Source: Patescibacteria group bacterium (GTDB lineage Bacteria > Patescibacteriota > Microgenomatia > Levybacterales > GWA1-39-11). Taken from it: a stretch of DNA of 64,000 bases. Made by a program: the position numbers and the translations under genes. Below the pieces are notes generated by a model. It worked only from the letters and a program-made list of their open reading frames with translations. It ran no database searches and was not told where the DNA came from. Shown here piece after piece: positions 38,648 to 48,721 of the stretch. The stretch's first letter is position 1; each line of letters opens with the position of its first letter. The DNA lies in the NCBI GenBank assembly GCA_035549295.1, contig DASZRG010000051.1:17841-81840 (forward strand), in the 5' to 3' direction.

Positions 38648-41600
38648 GAGGTTTTATCGAGACTAGTGAAGAATACTTTTAGCGCTTTTAGTCCTCCGTC
38701 CCAAATTCCACCCTCGATAAGCCCACCGAGCAACTCGCCAACAAACATACGCAGACGACCTGTCCCTGAGGCTTGTCTAATCCATTCGATGTCCTCTTTT
38801 GAGAAAAAGTGGCCAGTCCTTTTTGCTTGACTCATATCCCATTCGCTTACTTCGAGATCACCAGCAAAATGTCCTAAAAATTCATAAATCTCCTCGACCT
38901 GCGTGGTGCTCCAATTTTTATATCCACTCTCAAACATGCGATGCGCGCGAATCTCGGCAGCCATCGCATACATAAGAGGCCTTTTGAAAAACTCTGCTCT
39001 ATTTTGACGAGTTCTGTCGTATGCGTCATTTTCCTGCATTACCTCGCCAATTGTTTGCTCGCGCTCTGTTTTTTCACCTGTAACAGGATCTATCTCCTCA
39101 ATCTTGCGCCTTTTTTTGTTGACATAATCCATCCACACCTGCTTACCCCACATCGCCTCACCAAGCGAGACTTTCCTGAACTCCCATCCGGGTGGATTCC
39201 TCAACTCGTTATATATCCTCACTCTAACAATTTTTGAGTAATCAATGCCATCCCACGTTGAGTATGCGTATCTAAAAGACTTAACCTGATCATCCATAAA
39301 CGAATTGGCTTTCTCGTGGTCTATCAGAAGTCTCCCGCGATTGTCGAGTGTCAAAAATTTATCAAATGCAAACTCATGAGACTCGACAATCTGATGGAAA
39401 AGCGTAAAAGTCTTTGCTATGTGGTTCTCGGCAAATTGCCCCATGGTTACATCTCCAAAATGAACAGGGTCGACATCTTTATCAAGACCTATATCCTCTC
39501 CTTGCCCTCCTTGAATTATCTCAAGAATAGACTTACCCGACTTGTCCGTTGCCCCTACCAAGAAGTCTACTCCGATTTGCTTGAACCCCGGGAATGAATA
39601 AGGATTGCCATGAACTCCTCCGCGATTGTTGGCTGTCTGGCGCTTGCGATAAGCCTCCGTGGCCATAACCTTGGTCCAGGAGTCAAACCCAACAGCAGTC
39701 GTATCATTTTTAGCTGCAGCCCCTGACCAACGAGTTATCGAATAGGCAAACGACTCTGCATAACGAGCTTCATCATAAGAGATACCTTTACCTTTAATTT
39801 TTTCGTTGTCGGTTTTCTTGCTCTCTTCCATTATAAAAAGTCTCATTCGCTCTTTTGTCTCGTTCTTTGCCTCGAGATCTTTTCTGGCTAAATTGAAGGG
39901 ATTGAACCACGACAGATAATCGCTCTTCATTTTACCCTCTGGGTTTTTCTCGTGCGAAAGCACATCTTCCTGATAGTCTTTATGAGATTTTTCAATTTCA
40001 GCAATCAGCCTTGCATATTTTGGGTTGTGATCGGGGTCACTATTTAGTTTGTCTATATACTCCTGCGAAAGACCTCTTTTGTCGGCCGACAAATATCGCT
40101 CAGAATACTGAATTAGCTTAAGACCCTCATAGATAACCTTGCGCTCTTCCTTTGCAAAATCAGCGTCACTTTCTCCAGCTTTTTGGTCTCTTAGCTTTGC
40201 CTTGATATATTGCTCAAGAAAAATCTTGTTGTTAAAAAGCACTGACTTATCCCTGCTCTCTCCTTCTATTTTGTGCAACATTTCTTCGTCTGAGATGTAG
40301 TAGTACGACAACAGCGCGCGGCGCAACGCTTTTCCTGTCTCTTGATTTTTGCTGAGCGCCTCATCGTCTTTAAAGTCATCATTTTCAAGCGAGTCAACAT
40401 TGGCAAGTGACAAAATCGTGTCGAATGTCTGCTCTTTTGTAAAAGTATTTCTTGCGTAGATCTCGCGAAGCTTTTTCGGGAGCTCTTCGTCGCTTCCCAT
40501 AATCTGCCTATAAATGGCGTCAAGATCACGAGACGTTCCAAATAGCCAAAGCTCATAATAGACTTTGTCTCGAAGAGGCTTGAGATATTCACCCGTGTGC
40601 TTATCCGTAAACATTGATTCGTTGAATATCATCTCCGAGATACTTACCTGACGTGAGCCTCCAACAATATAAATGCGCTCAAACATATTGACGGGGTTAT
40701 CAACGTCTGAGTCATGGAACTCCCACATTCTTTTGCGAAGCCACCTGAGGAAATTGGCCTGGTGGATAACCTCTTCTCCCGTTTCCTTGTTGAGCGACAT
40801 AAGCTCATACTTACCACCTCGGGCATAGTCTCCTCCTGTCATGGTCATAATATCCGAAAGAACCTCTTGAAAATTCTCATGCGGCCTGAGACTTCTCTCT
40901 GAACGAATTGCCTTGTCTCGATCAACGTTAAGAAAACGAAGGACATTTTCATTTACAGCCTGCCTGAGTATTTCTATAGAGTTTGTCCCAGTCTTTGCTA
41001 TCTTGTCAATCCGCTCTTCATATTCTGCGAGCTTTGCCTCAACGTTTGGGTCGCCACGACCACTCTGCACCCAGCTTCTCGCATAACCCATAAGCTCCTC
41101 GCGAATCGATCCACCCTCCGCAAGTTCGGACTTTAGCAATTCGCCGTCAGTAATCTTTGTTAGTCTTTCGCGAAAAATCTCTATTGGGTTTATATTCTCA
41201 GCGAGTGGAATTTCCCCTGCCTCAACGAGTGCATCAGCTTCCACCTGTGACTTGTCTCGCTTCAGCCACAGTTGAGTCACGTACTCTTTTTCGCTTTCCG
41301 TAAAACTCCTATTAACCTTTTCTGAATCCCGCCCCCTTCTCATCTGTTCTCTATGTGCTTCGGCAACGTGTCTTTCTGCCTCGGCAATCCTTTCTCTTTT
41401 CTCCTGCTCGAGGTTATCAATCTCTTGAATAATTCTTTTTCCCTCAGCAGACGGAATTTTCTCATCATCTATTAGTCGATTAACTCTCGCCCTTTCCTCA
41501 GACCATCTACTTATATCAACAGCTCCCCCGCTTAACTGCCTATTGTTAAGACTTATTATGTCGTCCATCGCGTTCTTAGCAAGAGGATTTATTATTCCAT

Positions 41601-42507
41601 TTTGAACATCTACGAGATGCGCGGCGTCCGCACCTATGCTTCCTTTTGATAACCCAGCTGCGGCGCGTGCCGTAGCAACTTTTAGGAATTCGTCACGCAC
41701 CCACGGGGTCTCGCCCTCCCCTCGTCTATAGAGCTCAGTCGCGACCGCCTGAAGTGGAATCTGAAAATATTCAGGCTTGAAAGTTTTATCGGCTCGCAGC
41801 TCGTAGGCGCGTCCCAGAAAATCTTTTAGCTCTACAACGCTCCAGTCTTCTATTTTTTTCTGAGCAACAGCGGCATCAAAATCTTTTTGATATTGATCTG
41901 CCTGATTTTTAATATACGTCTCTTCTTCTGTAGGGGGTTTCTCGTTGAGCCTAGGAACATATCCGAATTCAATCGCTTCCTTAAGAGCCTCACCGTCTTC
42001 CTTGTCTAATTTTTCTCCTCTTTTCCATTTTTCGTATGCCTTTTTACCTCTATCTATTCTTTCTGCAACTAGAGCAGCCGCCATCTGTTTTTGGACTTCT
42101 GCAGCTCGCGCATCAAACTCTGCGGCCATAGCTTTGGCTTGCATTTCCGAGATTTTTCCCTCCTCGGCCCACTTATAGATGAGCTCTTCGTTGTTTTTTA
42201 CATCATCATGAGTAATTCTTCCGGCAAGTATTTGATCTTCTATTTCAACTTTTGTCTTGTGAAATTCCTCAGGAGATACAAGCTTGGTCTCAAAAAATTT
42301 GACTAGTTCTTTTGGAGTGATACCCTGTCGCGCAAGCCTCTCCTGCTCTTGCCTCTGAGCCTCAGGTACATCTCGGCCTGCTTTTTTGCGCATTTCTGAA
42401 AATTCAGCCCACTTTTGTCGAGCATCTCTTATCACCTCATCCGATGCGGCCTTTTCTTCAGGGTGATTTTTTTTATCGTTTTTTTCCTCAGGAGTTACAT
42501 CAGCCAT
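38644..42507 (-). CDS. Very large (about 1290 aa) charged alpha-helical hypothetical protein
   Basis: Long uninterrupted ORF; TTGACA...TATCCT promoter favours the start MADVTPEE at 42507; no recognised domain. Confidence 0.8.
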   Translation of the reverse strand: MADVTPEEKNDKKNHPEEKAASDEVIRDARQKWAEFSEMRKKAGRDVPEAQRQEQERLARQGITPKELVKFFETKLVSPEEFHKTKVEIEDQILAGRITHDDVKNNEELIYKWAEEGKISEMQAKAMAAEFDARAAEVQKQMAAALVAERIDRGKKAYEKWKRGEKLDKEDGEALKEAIEFGYVPRLNEKPPTEEETYIKNQADQYQKDFDAAVAQKKIEDWSVVELKDFLGRAYELRADKTFKPEYFQIPLQAVATELYRRGEGETPWVRDEFLKVATARAAAGLSKGSIGADAAHLVDVQNGIINPLAKNAMDDIISLNNRQLSGGAVDISRWSEERARVNRLIDDEKIPSAEGKRIIQEIDNLEQEKRERIAEAERHVAEAHREQMRRGRDSEKVNRSFTESEKEYVTQLWLKRDKSQVEADALVEAGEIPLAENINPIEIFRERLTKITDGELLKSELAEGGSIREELMGYARSWVQSGRGDPNVEAKLAEYEERIDKIAKTGTNSIEILRQAVNENVLRFLNVDRDKAIRSERSLRPHENFQEVLSDIMTMTGGDYARGGKYELMSLNKETGEEVIHQANFLRWLRKRMWEFHDSDVDNPVNMFERIYIVGGSRQVSISEMIFNESMFTDKHTGEYLKPLRDKVYYELWLFGTSRDLDAIYRQIMGSDEELPKKLREIYARNTFTKEQTFDTILSLANVDSLENDDFKDDEALSKNQETGKALRRALLSYYYISDEEMLHKIEGESRDKSVLFNNKIFLEQYIKAKLRDQKAGESDADFAKEERKVIYEGLKLIQYSERYLSADKRGLSQEYIDKLNSDPDHNPKYARLIAEIEKSHKDYQEDVLSHEKNPEGKMKSDYLSWFNPFNLARKDLEAKNETKERMRLFIMEESKKTDNEKIKGKGISYDEARYAESFAYSITRWSGAAAKNDTTAVGFDSWTKVMATEAYRKRQTANNRGGVHGNPYSFPGFKQIGVDFLVGATDKSGKSILEIIQGGQGEDIGLDKDVDPVHFGDVTMGQFAENHIAKTFTLFHQIVESHEFAFDKFLTLDNRGRLLIDHEKANSFMDDQVKSFRYAYSTWDGIDYSKIVRVRIYNELRNPPGWEFRKVSLGEAMWGKQVWMDYVNKKRRKIEEIDPVTGEKTEREQTIGEVMQENDAYDRTRQNRAEFFKRPLMYAMAAEIRAHRMFESGYKNWSTTQVEEIYEFLGHFAGDLEVSEWDMSQAKRTGHFFSKEDIEWIRQASGTGRLRMFVGELLGGLIEGGIWDGGLKALKVFFTSLDKTS

Positions 42508-42653
42508 ACGCCTCATTCTAGGATACGTGAAATTCACATTGGGTGTCAATTCATATACGCTCATGAGGGTAGTTTAAGCCCTGATGAGACGCGCCAGCTT
42601 GACAGTGAGGTATCGGGAACCTCACAAGAGGATAACGGAAAGGCTGCGAGACT

Positions 42654-42688
42654 AGAATCATGAATCAAGAATCAGGAATCAGGAATCA
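42654..42688 (+). repeat. Heptamer tandem repeat (NGAATCA)x5
   Basis: agaatca tgaatca agaatca ggaatca ggaatca. Confidence 0.8.
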
Positions 42689-42743
42689 GAGAATATGACA
42701 ATGTGGAAACAAAAGGACAATTCACGATATAATTACGACCTAC

Positions 42744-43748
42744 ATGGAAACGCAGACAAAAAAATACACCTCCGGAATACTCGGCGGTACGTTTGATCAT
42801 TTGCATGCTGGACACAGGCACTTTTTAAATACGGCGCTTGCCCAATCAGAACATTTAACCATTGGGCTTACAGCTAATGAATTTTCGAGAGGCAAGCAAT
42901 TTTCAATTTCTATTGAAGATTATGAAAAAAGACACTCTACCCTGCGCAACTTTTTAGACAGCTCAGGGCACATAGATCGCTATGAAATAATCGAAATCAA
43001 CGACCCTTTCGGAACGAGCATTACCAATCCAAATATAGATGCCATTTTCGTCACGGAACATGGCGCATCAAATGCAAAATTAATAAATGAAAAAAGGCAC
43101 GAAAACGGACTAAACACACTCCCAATTGAGCACGTGGATTTTCTAACAGGGCCCGATGAAAAGACCATATCCTCAACCAGAATTCGCGCAGGCGAAATAG
43201 ACAGAATCGGCAATCCATATATTACGATTTTTGACGCTGACCTTGCCTTGCCCACCGACCTGAGAGACAAGACGTCAAAAATTCCGGCCGGGGATTTAGT
43301 TCGCGACAATAACCAACTTAAAGAAATAGCAAAAAGCGCATTCTATCTTGTTGCTGTCGGCGATGTATCTTCTGAAAAACTAACAGAACTTGGTCGCCAA
43401 GCAGATGTAAGTATTGTTGACGGCCAAACAAAAAGAGGTGCCCATGAAAGTCGCTATTTTTCTTTAGAAAATGGCGAGGGCATTAAAAATACTGCAGGAA
43501 CAGTAAGCCGAGAAGCAGCATTAAAATACCAAGAAGTCCAAGCTGAATTTTTTGAAAATAAACAACCAGAGATTTTTGTAATTGACGGCGAGGAAGACCT
43601 CATGCCACTTCCAATAACGCTTCTTGCGCCGCTTAGAACAACACTCGTTTATGGCATGCCGGACCAAGGGGCGGTTGTTGTAAAAATTGACGAAACAACT
43701 AAAAAATCAGTTGTCGATTTACTTGCCAAGTTTCAAAAACAAAACTGA
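42744..43748 (+). CDS. Fusion of archaeal/eukaryote-type phosphopantetheine adenylyltransferase and DUF359 GTP-dependent dephospho-CoA kinase
   Basis: GGTFDHLHAGH, DPFG, ISSTRIRAGEID; VAVGDV, IVDGQTKR, IDGEEDL, YGMPDQGAV. Confidence 0.85.
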   Translation: METQTKKYTSGILGGTFDHLHAGHRHFLNTALAQSEHLTIGLTANEFSRGKQFSISIEDYEKRHSTLRNFLDSSGHIDRYEIIEINDPFGTSITNPNIDAIFVTEHGASNAKLINEKRHENGLNTLPIEHVDFLTGPDEKTISSTRIRAGEIDRIGNPYITIFDADLALPTDLRDKTSKIPAGDLVRDNNQLKEIAKSAFYLVAVGDVSSEKLTELGRQADVSIVDGQTKRGAHESRYFSLENGEGIKNTAGTVSREAALKYQEVQAEFFENKQPEIFVIDGEEDLMPLPITLLAPLRTTLVYGMPDQGAVVVKIDETTKKSVVDLLAKFQKQN

Positions 43749-43805
43749 CACGACCCATACGCATCGCGTACGCAATCCCCTATCTATAATATATAATCTA
43801 TATCT

Positions 43806-45110
43806 ATGGAGCCATTACATTTTGAGGAGCTATATCCAGAAACAACACGAAACGAGGAAATCAACAAGATAGTTGAGATCCTGAGGACGGGAAGATCTTG
43901 TCAGGTCATTGGCATTCCGGGATCTGGAAAAAGCAATGTTTTAAGGCTTCTTGCTTACAACAAAAAAATAAGACTTAAGCATCTTGGTGACGACCAGGAA
44001 ATTTTCCACTTCATCTACATGGATTTTTCGGAGATGCGCGGCAGGTCGCTTTTTGACATTATCAAATTCATCTTTATATCACTATCCTACTCTCTTGGCG
44101 AGCGCGGATTTACAAAGGAACAGGAAGCAGTTAACGCTGCGCTACGCGAATCGCTTGAGTTTTCAGACGAGCTAATTTTGTTTCAAGGCCTTAAGAAAAG
44201 CGTTGACTTTTTGGCAATTGAGCACAAGCTCTATCTTGTGTTTTTGTTCGACCGGTTTGAGGACTATGTGCCAAATATTGACGAGCGCTTTTTCCCAGAT
44301 CTCAAAATCCTGAGAAACCGCGTCAAATACAACTTCCTAGCAGTTTTTGCTGTCACTCGACCAATTGAAGACACAATCGAAGCTCCTCTTTTTGGTGATT
44401 TTTACGAATTTATAGTTGGAAATACGATATTTCTACCCATAAAAGATCCGGTCGGGCTCGATTTTCGCTTTTCATACATCGAGCAAATAACAAAAAGCAA
44501 AGGCTCACCCGAGGCGCGTGCTGAAATAGAAAAGCTAACAGGAGGACACGGAAAACTCGCCAAGCTATCCTACGAAACGTATTTGGCCGAGGAAAAGATC
44601 AAAAACCTTGAAGAATTTTTACTTTCAAAAAAACAAATAAGAGCGGCTCTTTTTGAAATCTGGGAATATTTGACCGCTGAGGAAAAGGCAGATATTGCTG
44701 GCGGCGCCCCAAATGATTTTTTGGAAAAAGTTGGGCTTACCAATTCAAATAAGCTTTCAGTTCCCCTTCTTGCATCGTACGTAAAAACCAGACCATCTAC
44801 GGTTGCGAGTCAAAAAATTACATACGATTCCGAACGAAACGAGATCAACAAAGGAGACGAAAATATAAGCGATAAATTGACTCCGTCTGAATTCAGACTA
44901 CTCCGATACCTGATCATAAATGTCGACCGCGTCGCAGAGAAAGACGAGATCATCCAGAATGTTTGGCAAGATACAAAAACACAACAAGGAGTAACCGACC
45001 AAGCTCTGGATCAAATAATATACAGGCTTAGAAAGAAGATTGAAGAAGACCCCAACAAGCCGGTCCACATTCAGACAGTGAAAGGGAGAGGGTATAAGTT
45101 CAGTAGCTAG
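43806..45110 (+). CDS. P-loop ATPase with C-terminal OmpR/PhoB-type winged-helix DNA-binding domain
   Basis: GIPGSGKS, FLFDRFE, LTGGHG; LTPSEFRLL...IYRLRKKIEEDP..PVHIQTVKGRGY. Confidence 0.85.
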   Translation: MEPLHFEELYPETTRNEEINKIVEILRTGRSCQVIGIPGSGKSNVLRLLAYNKKIRLKHLGDDQEIFHFIYMDFSEMRGRSLFDIIKFIFISLSYSLGERGFTKEQEAVNAALRESLEFSDELILFQGLKKSVDFLAIEHKLYLVFLFDRFEDYVPNIDERFFPDLKILRNRVKYNFLAVFAVTRPIEDTIEAPLFGDFYEFIVGNTIFLPIKDPVGLDFRFSYIEQITKSKGSPEARAEIEKLTGGHGKLAKLSYETYLAEEKIKNLEEFLLSKKQIRAALFEIWEYLTAEEKADIAGGAPNDFLEKVGLTNSNKLSVPLLASYVKTRPSTVASQKITYDSERNEINKGDENISDKLTPSEFRLLRYLIINVDRVAEKDEIIQNVWQDTKTQQGVTDQALDQIIYRLRKKIEEDPNKPVHIQTVKGRGYKFSS

Positions 45111-45114
45111 ACCG

Positions 45115-45150
45115 AAAAGTATCGGCGGCATCAAAAGCATCAAGGGAACG
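45115..45150 (+). repeat. 9-mer family, degenerate copy 5
   Basis: aaaagtatc ggcggcatc aaaagcatc aagggaacg, after the stop codon. Confidence 0.5.
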
Positions 45151-45332
45151 AAAACAACAAATTAACCACTTAACAAATTGACATCAGCCGCGAGATTATC
45201 TGTAGATATTCGCAGTAATTATATTTGTTTACCCTGCAACTTGTTGAAGGGTAGAATATTCGCATAGCGTATGCTGCTGCGCAAGGCCGGCAACCTTGAC
45301 TTGGGGTGGATACTTGCCTAACATGAATTAAG

Positions 45333-46715
45333 GTGAGATTTTTCAAAATCGGTCGCTTTTTTCTTTGTGTTGCCTTAGCGTTGACTTTCGTCGCTCTACT
45401 CGCCCGCAATTCAGGCGCGGACGACACGCCAACTCCCGCTCCAAACGCAAATGGAGGACAAGGGGCAATTGGGTATACACTTAACGGCCAGGACCCGAAC
45501 ACCTTCTATGTTGATGGGAATAGTCCGACTGTTGACATAACATACTCGGGACTTGCACCAAACGACAACGTATACGTCTACCCTAAAACCAATCAAGCGA
45601 ATATTGCGTTTGACAGAAAAGCATACGCCGCAGGAACGGCTGATGCAAACGGCTCTGTAACCGTTACCACATGCGGCGATGGAGACAGCGCACTCAAAGG
45701 CTCTTTCATATCATCAAAAAAGACGTGCAAGACAGATGGTCACGACTATTTCCACGAAGGAAACATATATAGTCTAGGTCTTTATGATGATGCCGAAGGA
45801 CAAGCCCAGATAGAGGTCGCGTCTTTTTATGCTTATCATTCCTACCCTACTGTAAAAATTGAGGCGCAGCCACAGGGGACGCTATCAACAGTTAAAGTTA
45901 CAGTCGCGGGTCACAGACTTGGGGACAGCAATGAAAACAACTATCAACTAGTCTTGCAGGACGCAGGAAGCGCACCAGCGCTTGAAGACTCCGGTGGAGA
46001 AAAGTATCTAGCAGAACAGTGCCTTACGATAAAATCAGGTCCCCCAACCGTCAAGAGCGGTTCTCAAGCCGACTTTCAAAATGCCGATACCACAGGCGGC
46101 GTAAGTAAAACCTTCAACGCAGGCAGCAATTCGCCAGACAAATCGGCTGGATCAAGCACTGCCGGTATTTCAGACGGAGAATATCTCCTAAAAGTCAATG
46201 CACAAATACACGAGGGCGGAATTCTTGCTGGACGTTCTGACACATGTCAAGGAGGATTCACCTACCTATTTATACCTTTTACTCTACGCCAGGGTAAAAT
46301 TACGCTCGGAAAGGCAGAGTACGATCCGCACGGATCCGACTCCACGGATGTAGAAAAGCTTGGGGATTCATACGCAGCACCCTGCGCAAAGGTAACTAGC
46401 ATTCCCGGCACCTCCGGTGATCTTCAAACGTGTGCAGCAGTAAGAACCGCGATAGGCAATATGAGCGTAACACCCGAGGGGTTCGTCAAAAGTCTTTTTG
46501 AATTTATGCTGATGCTTGCCACTTTTGGGGGACTCATAATCATTATTTATTCAGGCTATATCATCATGATGTCGCGCGGCGACAAGGAAAAAATCGCAGC
46601 AGCTCGTGAGACATTGACGTCCGCCATAGTCGGGTTGTTGTTTATAGTTTTGTCGATTGTTATACTTGAAATTATAGGGGTCGATATACTTCGACTTCCA
46701 GGATTTAGCCGATAA
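45333..46715 (+). CDS. Secreted beta-rich protein with C-terminal VirB2/TrbC-like pilin domain
   Basis: Signal peptide; C-terminal GYIIMMSRGDKEKIAAARETLTSAIVGLLFI. Confidence 0.75.
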   Translation: MRFFKIGRFFLCVALALTFVALLARNSGADDTPTPAPNANGGQGAIGYTLNGQDPNTFYVDGNSPTVDITYSGLAPNDNVYVYPKTNQANIAFDRKAYAAGTADANGSVTVTTCGDGDSALKGSFISSKKTCKTDGHDYFHEGNIYSLGLYDDAEGQAQIEVASFYAYHSYPTVKIEAQPQGTLSTVKVTVAGHRLGDSNENNYQLVLQDAGSAPALEDSGGEKYLAEQCLTIKSGPPTVKSGSQADFQNADTTGGVSKTFNAGSNSPDKSAGSSTAGISDGEYLLKVNAQIHEGGILAGRSDTCQGGFTYLFIPFTLRQGKITLGKAEYDPHGSDSTDVEKLGDSYAAPCAKVTSIPGTSGDLQTCAAVRTAIGNMSVTPEGFVKSLFEFMLMLATFGGLIIIIYSGYIIMMSRGDKEKIAAARETLTSAIVGLLFIVLSIVILEIIGVDILRLPGFSR

Positions 46716-46716
46716 C

Positions 46717-47055
46717 ATGAAGGAGTTATTATCTCTCTCTATTCCCCAGGGAGCCGACAGCACCCCGGTCCAGATACAAACCCCCGCAGACATTCCGTCC
46801 GGAGTGTCACTCGGCGCACTTGTCACAACGCTTTTACAAGCCGCGATGGTTTTTGGAATACTTATGTCTCTTGGCTTTTTTGTATACGGCGGTCTTCATT
46901 GGGTACAGTCTCGCGGCGACAAAGAGTCACTTAACAAATCGAGGAGGATTTTGATATATGCAGTCTTTGGACTCATTGTGATGTCTCTTGCACTCGTTAT
47001 TGTAAACGTTATAACAAGCGCCCTAGGAGTACAGAATCTAATCTCAGGAAATTAA
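46717..47055 (+). CDS. VirB2/TrbC-like pilin
   Basis: GGLHWVQSRGDKESLNKSRRILIYAVFGLIV. Confidence 0.75.
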   Translation: MKELLSLSIPQGADSTPVQIQTPADIPSGVSLGALVTTLLQAAMVFGILMSLGFFVYGGLHWVQSRGDKESLNKSRRILIYAVFGLIVMSLALVIVNVITSALGVQNLISGN

Positions 47056-47057
47056 AA

Positions 47058-48509
47058 TTACTTTATAAAGACAACATCTGAGTTGTCATGATAAACAATT
47101 CGCCACCCGTCTTTCGTAAGAGTTTTTGCTAAATCAAAGCTTTTTTGATTTTTTATGAATAATGAGGCTATCAAGCCTGTGAGGTCCTGCGATTTTTTCT
47201 TGGGCTTAGGCAGCAAAACAAGGCGGACATTGAATTTATCAAAGATTTTTTTATAATTACTTTTTTCGGACATAAGCGCTTGATAATCATAGAAGGCAGA
47301 ATTGCTCTGCCCGCTTGGCGCGACAAATCTCCACGACGGCATTCGGCCATCAACAAAAACTTTTTTTTCTGGAACTTTCCAGTCCAAATATCCACCCCAG
47401 TTGTAAATCGAAAATAAGTTGCCGGAAACCTTCTCTTGCTTTAAAAAATCGATTACCTGATCCGTAGGATAATAGTTTTTGTTAACTACGCCCTCACCGA
47501 CAGAATAATAATAGATGCGGAAAATAAAACTCGCGAGAGAAATCGTCAATAAGGCGGAGAGCGCAAAATTAAGCCTACTCTTCTGCGCGGTTTTTCTAAG
47601 GCTTGAGTAAAAATTTTCGAAAAGCGCAGGAGCTACAAAAAGATTTATCAAAATAAAATATGGAACGTTTCTTACAGACGATACCGCGAGAAAAAAAAGG
47701 AAGACGAAAAAGACTTGTTCTAGCGCTAAGATCTTGCCTCGATACTTGTACATCAGGGGTGTTTCCACCGCGGCTAGCAGAATTAGTGGAAAATTTATGA
47801 AGAATACGGCCGGAAGCCACTCTGAGATACTGAACCTAAGAGAGGCATCTGTTGCTTGGGAGAGGATTTCGCTCCAGAGCCTTATTCCGTAGGGGTTTGT
47901 AAGCGTCGCAAGAACACTGGCAAAGAAAATTGCAACATCAGACAACAATATTTTTCTTTGAAAAATCCTAACACACAAAAATACCCCCAACAGGACAATC
48001 GGCAACCCGACGCTTCCATGAAGATTTGCCCAGAATAAAATTAGAATTGGTATAAGAAAACGCGTTTTTAAATAAACTACATCATCCAGAAGAGCTTTTA
48101 AAAACAGCGCAAGAAGAAACCATGAAACCACCTGCGTCCTAACCCCAGCAAATGTAAGCAGCGCGGCCGTTGACAACACAAGCAGAACAATATTGAATTT
48201 GCTTTTTGTCGGCGAAAAACAAACAAAAAGACTCGCCGTCGCAAGCGCAGCAAACAACGCTTCGAGAAGAATGGCTCCCTGCGAGAATAAAGCCGCCAGC
48301 AACAAGTTCAACCCCCATTCGTGATCGATAAACGGGAAAGACGGCATTGTGTATGAAAAAGGGTCAGTCGCGGGAATTCCACTCTTGAGAATAAGTTCGC
48401 CCATTCGCAGATGCCAACCAAAATCCGGATCAATATTTGTTGCAGATTTTGCGAAGAAGGCGAGAAAGACTATTGCAATCAAGGCGAGCCCTAGCTTTCG
48501 ATTCATCAC
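47058..48509 (-). CDS. GT-C-fold polytopic membrane glycosyltransferase (putative)
   Basis: DPDFGWHLRMG, DPFSYT, DHEW, WANLHG, NPYG, ISEW, YNWGGYL, FVDGR. Confidence 0.75.
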   Translation of the reverse strand: MMNRKLGLALIAIVFLAFFAKSATNIDPDFGWHLRMGELILKSGIPATDPFSYTMPSFPFIDHEWGLNLLLAALFSQGAILLEALFAALATASLFVCFSPTKSKFNIVLLVLSTAALLTFAGVRTQVVSWFLLALFLKALLDDVVYLKTRFLIPILILFWANLHGSVGLPIVLLGVFLCVRIFQRKILLSDVAIFFASVLATLTNPYGIRLWSEILSQATDASLRFSISEWLPAVFFINFPLILLAAVETPLMYKYRGKILALEQVFFVFLFFLAVSSVRNVPYFILINLFVAPALFENFYSSLRKTAQKSRLNFALSALLTISLASFIFRIYYYSVGEGVVNKNYYPTDQVIDFLKQEKVSGNLFSIYNWGGYLDWKVPEKKVFVDGRMPSWRFVAPSGQSNSAFYDYQALMSEKSNYKKIFDKFNVRLVLLPKPKKKSQDLTGLIASLFIKNQKSFDLAKTLTKDGWRIVYHDNSDVVFIK

Positions 48510-48551
48510 CTTGATATTGTAGCGCACGGAAGATTTAGACGCCACGAACAT

Positions 48552-48702
48552 GGACTACACACTACCCTAATTTACCCGAATTATCCGAATGGGTTCCGAA
48601 TGATCATTATGATTAACACGCCTCGTGGGCTTATCTAAGGGTTATTAATCAAATCAAGCATTCGAGCATATTCGTTAACATTCGGGCGTATTCGCGTAGC
48701 GT
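48552..48702. repeat. GGACTACAC-(CGAAT array)-AATGATC element with inverted ATTCG array, copy 2
   Basis: cccgaat tatccgaat gggttccgaatgatc ... attcgagcat attcgttaac attcgggcgt attcgcg. Confidence 0.65.
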
Positions 48703-48721
48703 ATTGCCTCTGGGTAAACCG

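Noticed and set aside
42581-42640. CTGATGAG as a hammerhead ribozyme core
   Set aside because: No properly placed GAAA or supporting stems
45170-45332. Hairpin TACCCT..AGGGTA and repeated ATATTCGCA upstream of the long pilin as a riboswitch
   Set aside because: No recognisable riboswitch consensus; too little evidence to call
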